This document shows, piece by piece, positions 24,546 through 32,000 of a stretch of DNA of 32,000 nt. Position numbers and translations under genes: made by a program. The notes beneath the pieces were generated by a model. That model made no database searches. It had not been told where the DNA came from and worked only from the letters and a program-made list of their open reading frames with translations. The DNA lies in contig OY969425.1 in assembly GCA_963699255.1 (NCBI GenBank), positions 1,170,001-1,202,000 of the forward strand, in the 5' to 3' direction. Origin of the DNA: an uncultured bacterium. GTDB lineage: Bacteria; Margulisbacteria; WOR-1; CAVSGV01. Numbering within the stretch: the first letter of the stretch is position 1; the number at the start of each line of letters is the position of its first letter.

Positions 24546-24926
24546 TTAAATTCCTTCCCCTTTTACATCTACATCTGTATTGAATACTAAGAGTTTCCCT
24601 ACCTGAATAAATTTAGCCTCTATGTTATTCTTTTTAAGGATCGCTATCAACCCATCCGCGTCTTTCCCTGTTATTCCGTTACCTTTTACTGTAATTTGAT
24701 ATTTTCCGCCAATGGTCTTTACAGTGACAAGCGCGTTAGGATCCGTCTTTGTTACATCATTCACCGTCGCCTTTGCCCCGTTATGGATTATTTTAGGGGC
24801 ATTGTAAAACACATCATGTGAAACATATTTAACTCCATCCACCATTTCTCCGCCATTATCTGAAGGTATATTCACCTTGATCGGCTGATTCGACTGGATC
24901 GAATCGGACCTAATTGGATCTGCCAT
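24546..24926 (-). CDS. Hypothetical protein (126 aa from the SD-supported start)
   Basis: GGAGGTGA lies 7 nt upstream of the ATG at 24926 (MADPIRSD...). The ORF track's upstream start at 24974 lacks an SD. I recognise no motif. Convergent with glmS across a 4-nt gap. Confidence 0.6.
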   Translation of the reverse strand: MADPIRSDSIQSNQPIKVNIPSDNGGEMVDGVKYVSHDVFYNAPKIIHNGAKATVNDVTKTDPNALVTVKTIGGKYQITVKGNGITGKDADGLIAILKKNNIEAKFIQVGKLLVFNTDVDVKGEGI

Positions 24927-25029
24927 AATACCATCACCTCCACTAGTAATATTTTGCTCCCACTTCATAACCATTCAAGCAAGGACCGGAATTGTCTTAC
25001 TTGATCCCTCTCCATATTATATATCGACA

Positions 25030-25074
25030 AATTCCCGCGAGAATTTCAAATATTTTAAAATTCGTTCGGGAATG
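25030..25074. promoter_or_regulatory. Two copies of an AATTC-N6-GAAT(T/g) palindrome 29 bp apart; candidate operator pair
   Basis: AATTCccgcgaGAATT at 25030-25045 and AATTCgttcggGAATg at 25059-25074. They lie in the 210-bp divergent region between the orphan gene and the large glycan gene. Confidence 0.35.
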
Positions 25075-25136
25075 TTTCAGGGTATGGGGTTCAGATTTTG
25101 AGGTTTGGGGTTTTTACTGTATAATTACCTTTATAT

Positions 25137-25325
25137 ATGTCGAAGCCGAAATACTATATTTCAAATAATGATGAATTCATTATAGAGAACTATAATTTAT
25201 CTCCCACCTTTTCGAGCTTTTTCCCCGGGATCGCGGGCATATTCGGTATCCCCATGTGGGTCTTCTACGCGAACCGCGGGCAGTGCATCACGTCTTTCGG
25301 GTCCAGGACAAGGATGGATCGATAA
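25137..25325 (+). CDS. N-terminal fragment (62 aa) of the large GH94-related protein; probably joined to the next ORF by a -1 frame change near 25299-25303
   Basis: KYYISNNDEFIIENYNLSPTFSSFFPG parallels the N-terminus of the in-window GH94 enzyme (KYGYFDNKEKEYVITRPDTPLPWINYLG). The downstream frame is already open from 25256. A TATAAT at 25120-25125 lies upstream. Confidence 0.55.
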   Translation: MSKPKYYISNNDEFIIENYNLSPTFSSFFPGIAGIFGIPMWVFYANRGQCITSFGSRTRMDR

Positions 25326-28255
25326 TGGAATTCCAGCCGGCGAATAAAGCTTATAAAAACGTGGCCCTCAACGGCTTTCGGACATTCCTGAAGATAGACG
25401 GCGTCTTTTACGAACCTTTCAGCGAAAGATGCCAGAACAACAGCAAGATGATAATCTCTCCTCATGACCTGACCATCGTCGAGGAGAACAGGGCATTGAA
25501 GATCAGGGTGGAAGTGAATTACTTCACCATGCCCGGAGAAAGATTCCCGGCGCTCGTGAGGACACTAAGGGTCGAGAATCTGGCGAACAAAAAACGAAAG
25601 GTAGAGGTCGTTGACGGCCTCCCCTCATTGATCCCATGCGGGTTCATGAACTCCCTATTAAAGAACATGAGCCAGACGATAGAAGCCTGGAGCCTGGTCG
25701 AAAACCTTGAGAACGACGCGCCCTTCGTAAGATTAAAAATAGTGCCGTCGGACGCTCCCGAAACGAGATTGTCCGAGAGGGGCAATTTCTACGCGTCTTT
25801 CATGGATCAGGACGGTAAAAGATCTTCACCCAGGATAATAATCAGGCGAAAAGAGATCTTCGGCGAGGTCTCCAGCCTTGAATACCCGGGAAATTTCATG
25901 GAAAAGAATTTCAGGATATCCACTATACAGATGAAAGAGAATTTCATCCCGTGCGCTTTCTCATTTAAAAGATTGGAGCTGCCGGGAAAGAAAGAATTCC
26001 GGCTCTTTTCAGTAATAGGGAATATCGACAGCCCCGAGGTCCTCAATAAAGCAAAACAGAGGATACTGAACAAAAAATACATCGAGGAAAAAGCGCGGGA
26101 AAACAGGAGCCTTATCGACGGGATAACTTCAAATATCTTGACGGTCAGCAGCTCAAAAAGTTTCGATCTGTACACGAAGCAGTCCTTTCTTGATAACGTC
26201 ATGCGCGGCGGCCTGCCTATAAGCATAGGGAACAAGCCTTTCTATGTTTATTACAGGAAACACGGCGACATGGAAAGGGATTACAACGACTTCAAACTCC
26301 TCCCTTCTTATTTCTCACAGGGCTCGGGCAACTACAGGGACATAAACCAGAACAGGAGGAACGACCTGTTCTTTAATCCTGTAGTCAACTCGAGCAATAT
26401 CCAGAGGTTTTATAACCTTATCCAGCTTGACGGCTTCAACCCTCTGGTAGTGCTCCCGAGCAAATATTTCATCGCGTCAAAAGATACCGCTGAAAAGATC
26501 GTCGCGAAACACGTTAAAAGCCGCGGCAAGGAAGTCTCCAGGATCATCTCTAAACCATTCCTGCTGGGCGTATTGCTGAATGACCTTGAAAGGTCGAGGT
26601 GCACGTACGCGTCATCGATAGAGGACTTCATTGAAGAACTTATCTCCAAAGCCGAGAAAGTTGAGGAAGCAAGCCACGGCGAGGGATACTGGACGGACCA
26701 CTTCTCCTATAACACCGACCTTCTCGAATCGTTCGAATGCATATACCCCGACAGGATCAGTGACCTTCTGTTAAATAAAAAAGAATTCACCTTCTTTGAC
26801 AGCGAATTCACCGTTCAGGAAAGAAAAAACAGGTATGTGATCCAGGGCAATAAAGTAAGGCAGTTCGGCAGCGTGAAGTCCGACCCCGAGAAGAAAGCCC
26901 TGATCAAATCGAGGTCCGCGAACAAGAACACCGTGAGAAAGGAAAATGGAAAAGGAGGCATCTACTTCACGACCCTTATAACCAAGCTCCTGTGCATCGC
27001 GGCGAACAAGGCCGCGTCATTCGATGCGGAAGGAATTGGCATAGAAATGGAGGCAGACAAACCCGACTGGTATGACGCGTTGAACGGACTGCCCGGATTG
27101 TTCGGGTCATCCATCTCCGAAACTTTCGAGCTAAAGAGGCTCTGCTCTTATGTTGTTGCTCATATAAAGCCTGATACCAGGGCATCGATCCCTGTCGAGC
27201 TTAAGGAATTCATTGATGATATCGCCGGATGCATGGATGAAAATGACAGTTTTAAATACTGGGACATGTCGAACTCACATAAAGAAAGCTACCGCAGGAA
27301 GACGCTGTTCGGGATAAGCGGTTCGGAATTGGAAGTGAGCGGAAGCTACATTGCCGATTTCTTGAACATGGTGATCGGCAGGTGCGATAAAGGGATTAAA
27401 AAGGCTCTTAATAATTACAAGAATTACTATACATATTATATGAACGAGGTTTCGGACTACGAGCTTGAGAACGGCAAGATAATAGTGAAAAAGTTCGACC
27501 AAAAGCCGCTGCCTCTTTTCCTTGAAGGATTTGTCCACGCGCTTAAAGTGGAAAAAGACCGTAAAATATACGGGCTCGTTAAGGACAGCCCTCTCTTCGA
27601 CAAGAAACTGAAAATGTACAAAGTGAATTCCCCTTTCAACGGCGTTCCGGTGGAGATCGGGCGCGCGAAGGTCTTCACCCCCGGATGGCTTGAGAACGAA
27701 TCCATATGGCTGCACATGGAATACAAATACATGCTCGAGCTTTTGAAGTCCGGCATGTACGAGGAATTTTTCGGCGATTTCAAGAACGTGCTTGTGCCTT
27801 TCATGAAGCCGGCTACATACAAGAGAAGCACGCTTGAAAATTCATCTTTCATCGCCAGCAGCGCTTACCCCGACAAGGACAGCCACGGAAGAGGATTTGT
27901 GGCCAGGCTGTCGGGCGCGACAGCGGAGTTCATCGACATGTGGCTCTGGATGACCACAGGCAAGAACATCTTTACCGTCGACAAGAACGGGAAACTGGTT
28001 TTCAAGCTATCTCCGATACTTCCGAAGTGGCTGTTTGATAAGGGAAAGTTCACCTTTAATCTTCTGGGGTCGACCGAGGTCATATATATTAACAGGACTG
28101 GAAAAGATACTTTTGGCGGCGGCGCCGCACCGGTTTCATACAAGCTTTTCCTTGATAATAAAGAGGTTGCTATCAATGGGCCTATAGTAGCCGAGCCGTA
28201 CTCGACCATGATCAGGAACAGGAAAGCAAAGAAAATAATTGTAACCCTGTCCTAA
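25325..28255 (+). CDS. Large uncharacterised protein, main body (frame open from 25256; about 1,040 aa if joined to 25137-25301). Putative GH94-related glycoside phosphorylase or hydrolase.
   Basis: 999-codon open frame. GNYRDINQN (RD at 26336-26341) and KPDWYDALNGLPG (27065-27085) echo the GH94 motifs GFRDSNQD and ADWNDCLNLGG seen in the gene at 30551+, and in the same order. The first in-frame ATG, at 25325, overlaps the upstream TAA (TAATG). Confidence 0.75.
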   Translation: MEFQPANKAYKNVALNGFRTFLKIDGVFYEPFSERCQNNSKMIISPHDLTIVEENRALKIRVEVNYFTMPGERFPALVRTLRVENLANKKRKVEVVDGLPSLIPCGFMNSLLKNMSQTIEAWSLVENLENDAPFVRLKIVPSDAPETRLSERGNFYASFMDQDGKRSSPRIIIRRKEIFGEVSSLEYPGNFMEKNFRISTIQMKENFIPCAFSFKRLELPGKKEFRLFSVIGNIDSPEVLNKAKQRILNKKYIEEKARENRSLIDGITSNILTVSSSKSFDLYTKQSFLDNVMRGGLPISIGNKPFYVYYRKHGDMERDYNDFKLLPSYFSQGSGNYRDINQNRRNDLFFNPVVNSSNIQRFYNLIQLDGFNPLVVLPSKYFIASKDTAEKIVAKHVKSRGKEVSRIISKPFLLGVLLNDLERSRCTYASSIEDFIEELISKAEKVEEASHGEGYWTDHFSYNTDLLESFECIYPDRISDLLLNKKEFTFFDSEFTVQERKNRYVIQGNKVRQFGSVKSDPEKKALIKSRSANKNTVRKENGKGGIYFTTLITKLLCIAANKAASFDAEGIGIEMEADKPDWYDALNGLPGLFGSSISETFELKRLCSYVVAHIKPDTRASIPVELKEFIDDIAGCMDENDSFKYWDMSNSHKESYRRKTLFGISGSELEVSGSYIADFLNMVIGRCDKGIKKALNNYKNYYTYYMNEVSDYELENGKIIVKKFDQKPLPLFLEGFVHALKVEKDRKIYGLVKDSPLFDKKLKMYKVNSPFNGVPVEIGRAKVFTPGWLENESIWLHMEYKYMLELLKSGMYEEFFGDFKNVLVPFMKPATYKRSTLENSSFIASSAYPDKDSHGRGFVARLSGATAEFIDMWLWMTTGKNIFTVDKNGKLVFKLSPILPKWLFDKGKFTFNLLGSTEVIYINRTGKDTFGGGAAPVSYKLFLDNKEVAINGPIVAEPYSTMIRNRKAKKIIVTLS

Positions 28256-28283
28256 CTTTAAGGGCCCTCATCAACACAAAATA

Positions 28284-28348
28284 TCACTCTGAACGAAGTG
28301 AAGAGTCTGTATTAAAAACAGACTCTTCGTCCTTCGGACTCAGAGTGA
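28284..28348. repeat. REP-like nested palindrome between the large glycan gene and the GH42-like gene
   Basis: Outer stem tcactctga/tcagagtga (9 bp) and inner stem gaagagtctgt/acagactcttc (11 bp), with a 7-nt attaaaa loop and an asymmetric internal loop. Confidence 0.75.
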
Positions 28349-28402
28349 CAAATCAATTCCTCGTTGTCACAAAGTCCTAAAAGTAATATAATCCCCCCTG
28401 TT

Positions 28403-30046
28403 ATGCTCAAAATCGGCGTTACGTTCTATCCCGACCAGTGGCCAAAAGAATATTGGAACAAGGCATTTTCAGAGATCGCTTCTTCCGGATTCAAGATAGT
28501 CCGCTTTGGGGAAATGGCATGGAACTGGATGGAGCCCAAAGACGGCAAATTTAATTTCGCTGACATTGACGAAGCCATGGCCCTCGCCAATAAATACGGC
28601 CTTAAAGTTCTTCTGGGCATACCCACTTCACAGGCGCCGTCCTGGCTGATAAGCGAACACCCCGAGATCCGTCCTGTGGCTGACGACGGCACCCCTTATC
28701 CCGAATACGGCCCAAGGCCCAATTTGTGCAGGGATTCCGACGTATACAAAAGATATGCGAAAAGGCTCATCGAAAACCTTGTAAAAAGATATTCCGACCA
28801 CCCGGCGTTGTACATGTGGCAGCTGGACAATGAGCCCACCTATCCGCCGCTTGACTCGACAACGCAAAAAGATTTTTGCCACTGCAGAGCTACGGAGGCT
28901 GAATTCAGGAAGTGGGTAAAAAATGAATATGAGAACATAACAAGGCTGAATGAAAAATGGGGGACGAAATTCTGGACCGTTGAATTCTCATCCTTTGACG
29001 AAATAACCCCTCCCAGGTGCGGAATGTGGGACGCGGGAAACCCCCACATATTCCTTGACTGGTTCAGGTTCAAGAGCATTAGGCTGAAAGAATTTTTGTC
29101 ATGGGGAAGATCGATAATAAAGAACATCGACAGGGACCACAAGGTGGGGACGAACGGCTTCATAGGGATATGCTCAAGGGTCCCCGACCACAGCATCCTG
29201 GCATCCGAGATGGAATGGTACGGGCTGGATGTTTATCCGAAGGGGAACAGGGCTTCTGTCATGGACCTGGCAAGGATACTGGATCTCTGGAGGGGCTTCG
29301 TGAAAGGCAGGGACTGCGAATTCCATGTGACGGAACTCCAGGGAGGGCAGAACGTAAGGTGGGGCTATCCCGGATTCGTGAACGGAAAAGAAATAAAGCT
29401 CTGGACTCACCAGACTTTCGCCCACGGCGCAAAAACGGTCCTGTATCACGCGTGGAGGCCCCCTCTCTCCGGTTCGGAAACCGGAGGGTTCGGCATACTA
29501 AATTCGAACGGCGAGAGGTCGGAGCGGCTTGAAAAAATCGAAGAGTCAATCAGGGAGATCGACAAGATATCCTATATAGTGGATCAATGCGTACCTGAAC
29601 CGAAAGTGGCTATCGCGTACCTCCGCAGCAGCGAGGTTGAAACATACGAAGAACAGGGGCCAACAAGGGCCATATCAGGCCAGTGGATGGACGTAAGGAG
29701 TGACATAGGGCTTATGCACGGCCTTCTTTCGGTCACCGGCGCGCACAAAGCGCTGTGGAACTATCACAACCCCGCATCTTTCATATTCGAACAGGAGCTT
29801 GAGGCGGGAAAGACGCTTCCGTATCTTGCCATACTTCTGCCGAACCCATATGTATTGACGGAAAAATCGGCAAAACTTTTAAGGAAATTCATCTATGACG
29901 GCGGGATACTTATCACGGAAGCAAGGTTTGGATTGAAGAATGAGAACGGCCGGTTATATGAAAAACCACTTCTGGAAGGCCTGCTCGATGTTAAATACGA
30001 CCACACGGAAATCATCGACACTGAGATAAAGATACCCGGCGCTTAA
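28403..30046 (+). CDS. GH42-family glycoside hydrolase (beta-galactosidase-like), catalytic and middle domains; terminated prematurely by a frame change
   Basis: MLKIGVTFYPDQWP start typical of GH42, WQLDNEP (acid/base region), HVTELQGG (nucleophile region) and a Cys-rich C..CHC segment. The ORF track start at TTG 28364 is possible. A stop at 30044 cuts off the C-terminal domain. Confidence 0.8.
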   Translation: MLKIGVTFYPDQWPKEYWNKAFSEIASSGFKIVRFGEMAWNWMEPKDGKFNFADIDEAMALANKYGLKVLLGIPTSQAPSWLISEHPEIRPVADDGTPYPEYGPRPNLCRDSDVYKRYAKRLIENLVKRYSDHPALYMWQLDNEPTYPPLDSTTQKDFCHCRATEAEFRKWVKNEYENITRLNEKWGTKFWTVEFSSFDEITPPRCGMWDAGNPHIFLDWFRFKSIRLKEFLSWGRSIIKNIDRDHKVGTNGFIGICSRVPDHSILASEMEWYGLDVYPKGNRASVMDLARILDLWRGFVKGRDCEFHVTELQGGQNVRWGYPGFVNGKEIKLWTHQTFAHGAKTVLYHAWRPPLSGSETGGFGILNSNGERSERLEKIEESIREIDKISYIVDQCVPEPKVAIAYLRSSEVETYEEQGPTRAISGQWMDVRSDIGLMHGLLSVTGAHKALWNYHNPASFIFEQELEAGKTLPYLAILLPNPYVLTEKSAKLLRKFIYDGGILITEARFGLKNENGRLYEKPLLEGLLDVKYDHTEIIDTEIKIPGA

Positions 30047-30095
30047 GGCAAAAGCCGTCGGCTTCCGCGATGTAGTTGACGCTAACGGCAACAAC

Positions 30096-30482
30096 GTGAT
30101 CGCAAGCTTCGACGACGGTCATCCGGCCGTGATCGAGAGCCGCATCGGCAAAGGCAAAGTAATATACGCAGCTTTCAGCCTGTTCCTTTCCATATTGAAC
30201 GACGAGAACAAGGAACTTATTAATTTGATAAGAAAACACGTCCCGGAGCCGGAGATAAAGATAACGAATTCAGACCAGGTTGAAATGACCGTCCTGAACG
30301 GCGATAAGACCGTTCTGTACATCATCAACCACTCGAATGCTGCACAGTCTCCCATTATCAAATTGCCCAGAAAATACAAAGGAGCCAAGGACATATTGAA
30401 CGGGGGCTCTCATACCGCATCGGAGGGCTCCATGTTCCTTGAACTGAAGAGCGCCGATGTAAAGGTGCTGGCTCTGGAATGA
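30096..30482 (+). CDS. C-terminal fragment of the GH42-like gene, in the +1 frame relative to 28403-30046 (this frame is open from 30030)
   Basis: Translated from 30030, the frame reads ...ALKAKAVGFRDVVDANGNNVIASFDDGHPAVIESRIGKGKVIYAAF...LYIINHS...DVKVLAL. This matches the end of the GH42 trimerisation domain and the C-terminal beta-sandwich pattern. Confidence 0.7.
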   Translation: MIASFDDGHPAVIESRIGKGKVIYAAFSLFLSILNDENKELINLIRKHVPEPEIKITNSDQVEMTVLNGDKTVLYIINHSNAAQSPIIKLPRKYKGAKDILNGGSHTASEGSMFLELKSADVKVLALE

Positions 30483-30485
30483 AGA

Positions 30486-30535
30486 ACCCGACACTAAAGT
30501 GTCGGTTAAATTAACCGCGACTTCAGTCGCGGGTT
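30486..30535. repeat. Twin GC-rich tetraloop hairpins (CCGACAC-taaa-GTGTCGG and CCGCGAC-ttca-GTCGCGG) linked by a GGTTAA-a-TTAACC palindrome
   Basis: Hairpin stems are 30488-30494/30499-30505 and 30515-30521/30526-30532. The pair starts 4 nt after the GH42 C-fragment stop (6 nt to the first stem) and ends about 15 nt before the GH94 start. Confidence 0.75.
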
Positions 30536-30550
30536 TCGAATTTAGAAAGG

Positions 30551-32000
30551 ATGATAAAGTTGAAGTACGGTTATTTTGATAACAAGGAAAAAGAATATGT
30601 GATAACAAGGCCCGACACGCCGCTCCCGTGGATAAATTACCTGGGGTGCGAGGATTACTGCGCCCTGATGTCAAATACGGCGGGAGGCTACAGCTTTTAC
30701 AAGGACGCGAAAGAGCGCAGGCTCACCCGGTACAGGTACAACAATATCCCCATGGACAGGGGCGGAAGATACATATATATAATGGATAACAGCTCAAAGG
30801 ATTTCTGGTCCGCTTCCTGGCAGCCGGTCCTGAAAGATACCGCAAAATACAAATACGAATGCCGCCACGGCCTTGGCTACACGGTGATAACTTCTGTTTA
30901 TTCGGGCGTAAGAACAAAGACGACCTACTTTGTCCCTCTCGGTGAGAACCTGGAAGTCTGGATGATGGAGATAAAGAACGAAACAAAGAAAATAAGGAAC
31001 CTGACGGTCACCTCTTTCGTGGAATTCTGCCTCTGGGACGCTTTGAACGACATGACCGATTATCAGTACAATCTTAATATCGGGGAAACCGTCTACAAGG
31101 ATAATATCATTTATCATCTCTCGCGCTACAGGGTGGAGAAAAAATACTTCGCCTACCACACCTGCGCGAACGCGAAAGCGGACAGCTTTGACAGCGACAG
31201 GACCGCGTTCCTGGGCTCCTACGGGTCCCTCTCCTGCCCCGCCGCCGTAGAGCGCGGAAAGGGCTCGAATTCGATAGCAAGCGGATGGTCTCCCGTGGCA
31301 AGCCAGTTCATGAACATCAAACTAAAACCGGGAGAGACAAAAACGCTGATATTCCTCCTCGGCTACAGCGAGAAAAAGGACGACATCTCCCGAATCGTAA
31401 AGAAGTTCAAAACGGAAGCATCAGTATTGAATGAGCTTAAGGCGCTTAAAAAATACTGGGATGAGAACCTGAGCCATTTCTCCGCGGAAACGGAAGACCC
31501 TGACGTGAACTCTATGGTGAACATATGGAACCAGTACCAGGCAAGGACCACGTTCAACTGGTCAAGGTCCGCGTCCTATTACGAGTCCGGCATAGGCAGA
31601 GGCATGGGGTTCAGGGATTCGAACCAGGACACCCTGGGGTTCGTGCACCAGATACCCGAAAAGGTAAAGTCCAGGATAGTCGATCTCGCGAGCACGCAAT
31701 TTGATGAAGGCAACGCCCTCCACCAGTATTCGCCGTTGACAAAAAAAGCGATTAGCAATGAAAAGAATTACAGCGACGACCACCTCTGGCTGATCTTCTC
31801 GGTGGCGGGCTATGTCAAGGAGACCGGAGATACCGCGTTCCTGGACAGGCTGGTGCCGTACGCCTCCGGAAATGAAGCCTCGATGTACGATCATCTTGCC
31901 AAAGCCATCGACTATACGATGAAAAATCTCGGGCCGCACGATCTGCCGTTGATGTTCTTCGCGGACTGGAACGACTGCCTTAACCTGGGCGGTGTAAAGA
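30551..32000 (+). CDS. GH94 glycoside phosphorylase (cellobiose/cellodextrin/chitobiose phosphorylase family), 5' part; continues beyond the window
   Basis: The frame is open to the window end. (MIK)LKYGYFDNKEKEYVITRPDTPLPWINYLG, RGMGFRDSNQDTLGF and FADWNDCLNLGG are hallmark GH94 motifs. The true start may be TTG 30560 (MKYGYFD), with an AAAGGA SD 8 nt upstream. Confidence 0.9.
   Translation, partial: MIKLKYGYFDNKEKEYVITRPDTPLPWINYLGCEDYCALMSNTAGGYSFYKDAKERRLTRYRYNNIPMDRGGRYIYIMDNSSKDFWSASWQPVLKDTAKYKYECRHGLGYTVITSVYSGVRTKTTYFVPLGENLEVWMMEIKNETKKIRNLTVTSFVEFCLWDALNDMTDYQYNLNIGETVYKDNIIYHLSRYRVEKKYFAYHTCANAKADSFDSDRTAFLGSYGSLSCPAAVERGKGSNSIASGWSPVASQFMNIKLKPGETKTLIFLLGYSEKKDDISRIVKKFKTEASVLNELKALKKYWDENLSHFSAETEDPDVNSMVNIWNQYQARTTFNWSRSASYYESGIGRGMGFRDSNQDTLGFVHQIPEKVKSRIVDLASTQFDEGNALHQYSPLTKKAISNEKNYSDDHLWLIFSVAGYVKETGDTAFLDRLVPYASGNEASMYDHLAKAIDYTMKNLGPHDLPLMFFADWNDCLNLGGVK

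Noticed and set aside
25068-25115. Telomere-like GGGGTT words or a G-quadruplex upstream of the large glycan gene
   Set aside because: There are only a few G-tracts, separated by loops of up to about 17 nt, and only two GGGGTT-like words. This is too weak for a G4 or repeat call.
25296-25304. Programmed -1 ribosomal frameshift joining the two parts of the large glycan gene
   Set aside because: The site (TCT TTC GGG TCC) is not a canonical X XXY YYZ slippery heptamer, and I see no obvious downstream pseudoknot or hairpin. An indel (real or sequencing) or a TAATG-coupled two-gene arrangement is more parsimonious.
30512-30545. Calling the second GC hairpin plus gtttcgaattt a Rho-independent terminator of the GH42-like gene
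   Set aside because: The U-tract is interrupted, and the GH94 start follows within about 15-25 nt with no visible promoter in between. An intercistronic hairpin is more consistent than full termination.

Overview
This 32-kb window is a compact bacterial chromosome segment with about 30 protein genes, many of them overlapping by 1-17 nt. The gene content suggests an uncultivated anaerobe: a 2-oxoacid:ferredoxin oxidoreductase, a two-subunit class I fumarase and an archaeal-type iPGM. I saw no rRNA, tRNA, CRISPR array, transposase, integrase or phage gene. Left to right the window holds: (1) OFOR alpha/beta, a small ferredoxin, a hypothetical protein, a small radical-SAM protein, lpd, lipA, an aminotransferase, pdxA and rsmA. 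(2) An mdh and fumarase alpha/beta operon that runs by 4-nt overlaps into a truncated family-5 SBP-like protein carrying a Cys/His motif, a DUF4911-like protein and a YqeG-type HAD phosphatase. (3) On the minus strand, an NHL propeller, ruvC and ruvA. (4) An AI-2E transporter. (5) On the minus strand, an IPMS/homocitrate-synthase-like gene, purE, cvpA, mpg and apgM. (6) A carbohydrate region with a lone ABC permease divergent from a sugar SBP lipoprotein, glmS, a small orphan gene, a roughly 1,040-aa uncharacterised protein that shares two GH94-like motifs but is split by a frame change, a GH42-like gene also split by a frame change, and the 5' part of a GH94 phosphorylase running off the window. 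Three things stand out. First, most intergenic spacers carry long, imperfect, low-complexity 'word' palindromes or dispersed repeat modules (GAGATGTGA, CACAAAT/ATTTGTG, GGGAAAT/ATTTCCC, CCAAT/ATTGG), plus GC-rich REP-like hairpins. Second, the large GH94-related unknown protein may be a novel glycoside phosphorylase. Third, the sugar locus looks degraded or mis-assembled. All functional calls rest on motif recognition by eye; no database search was possible.
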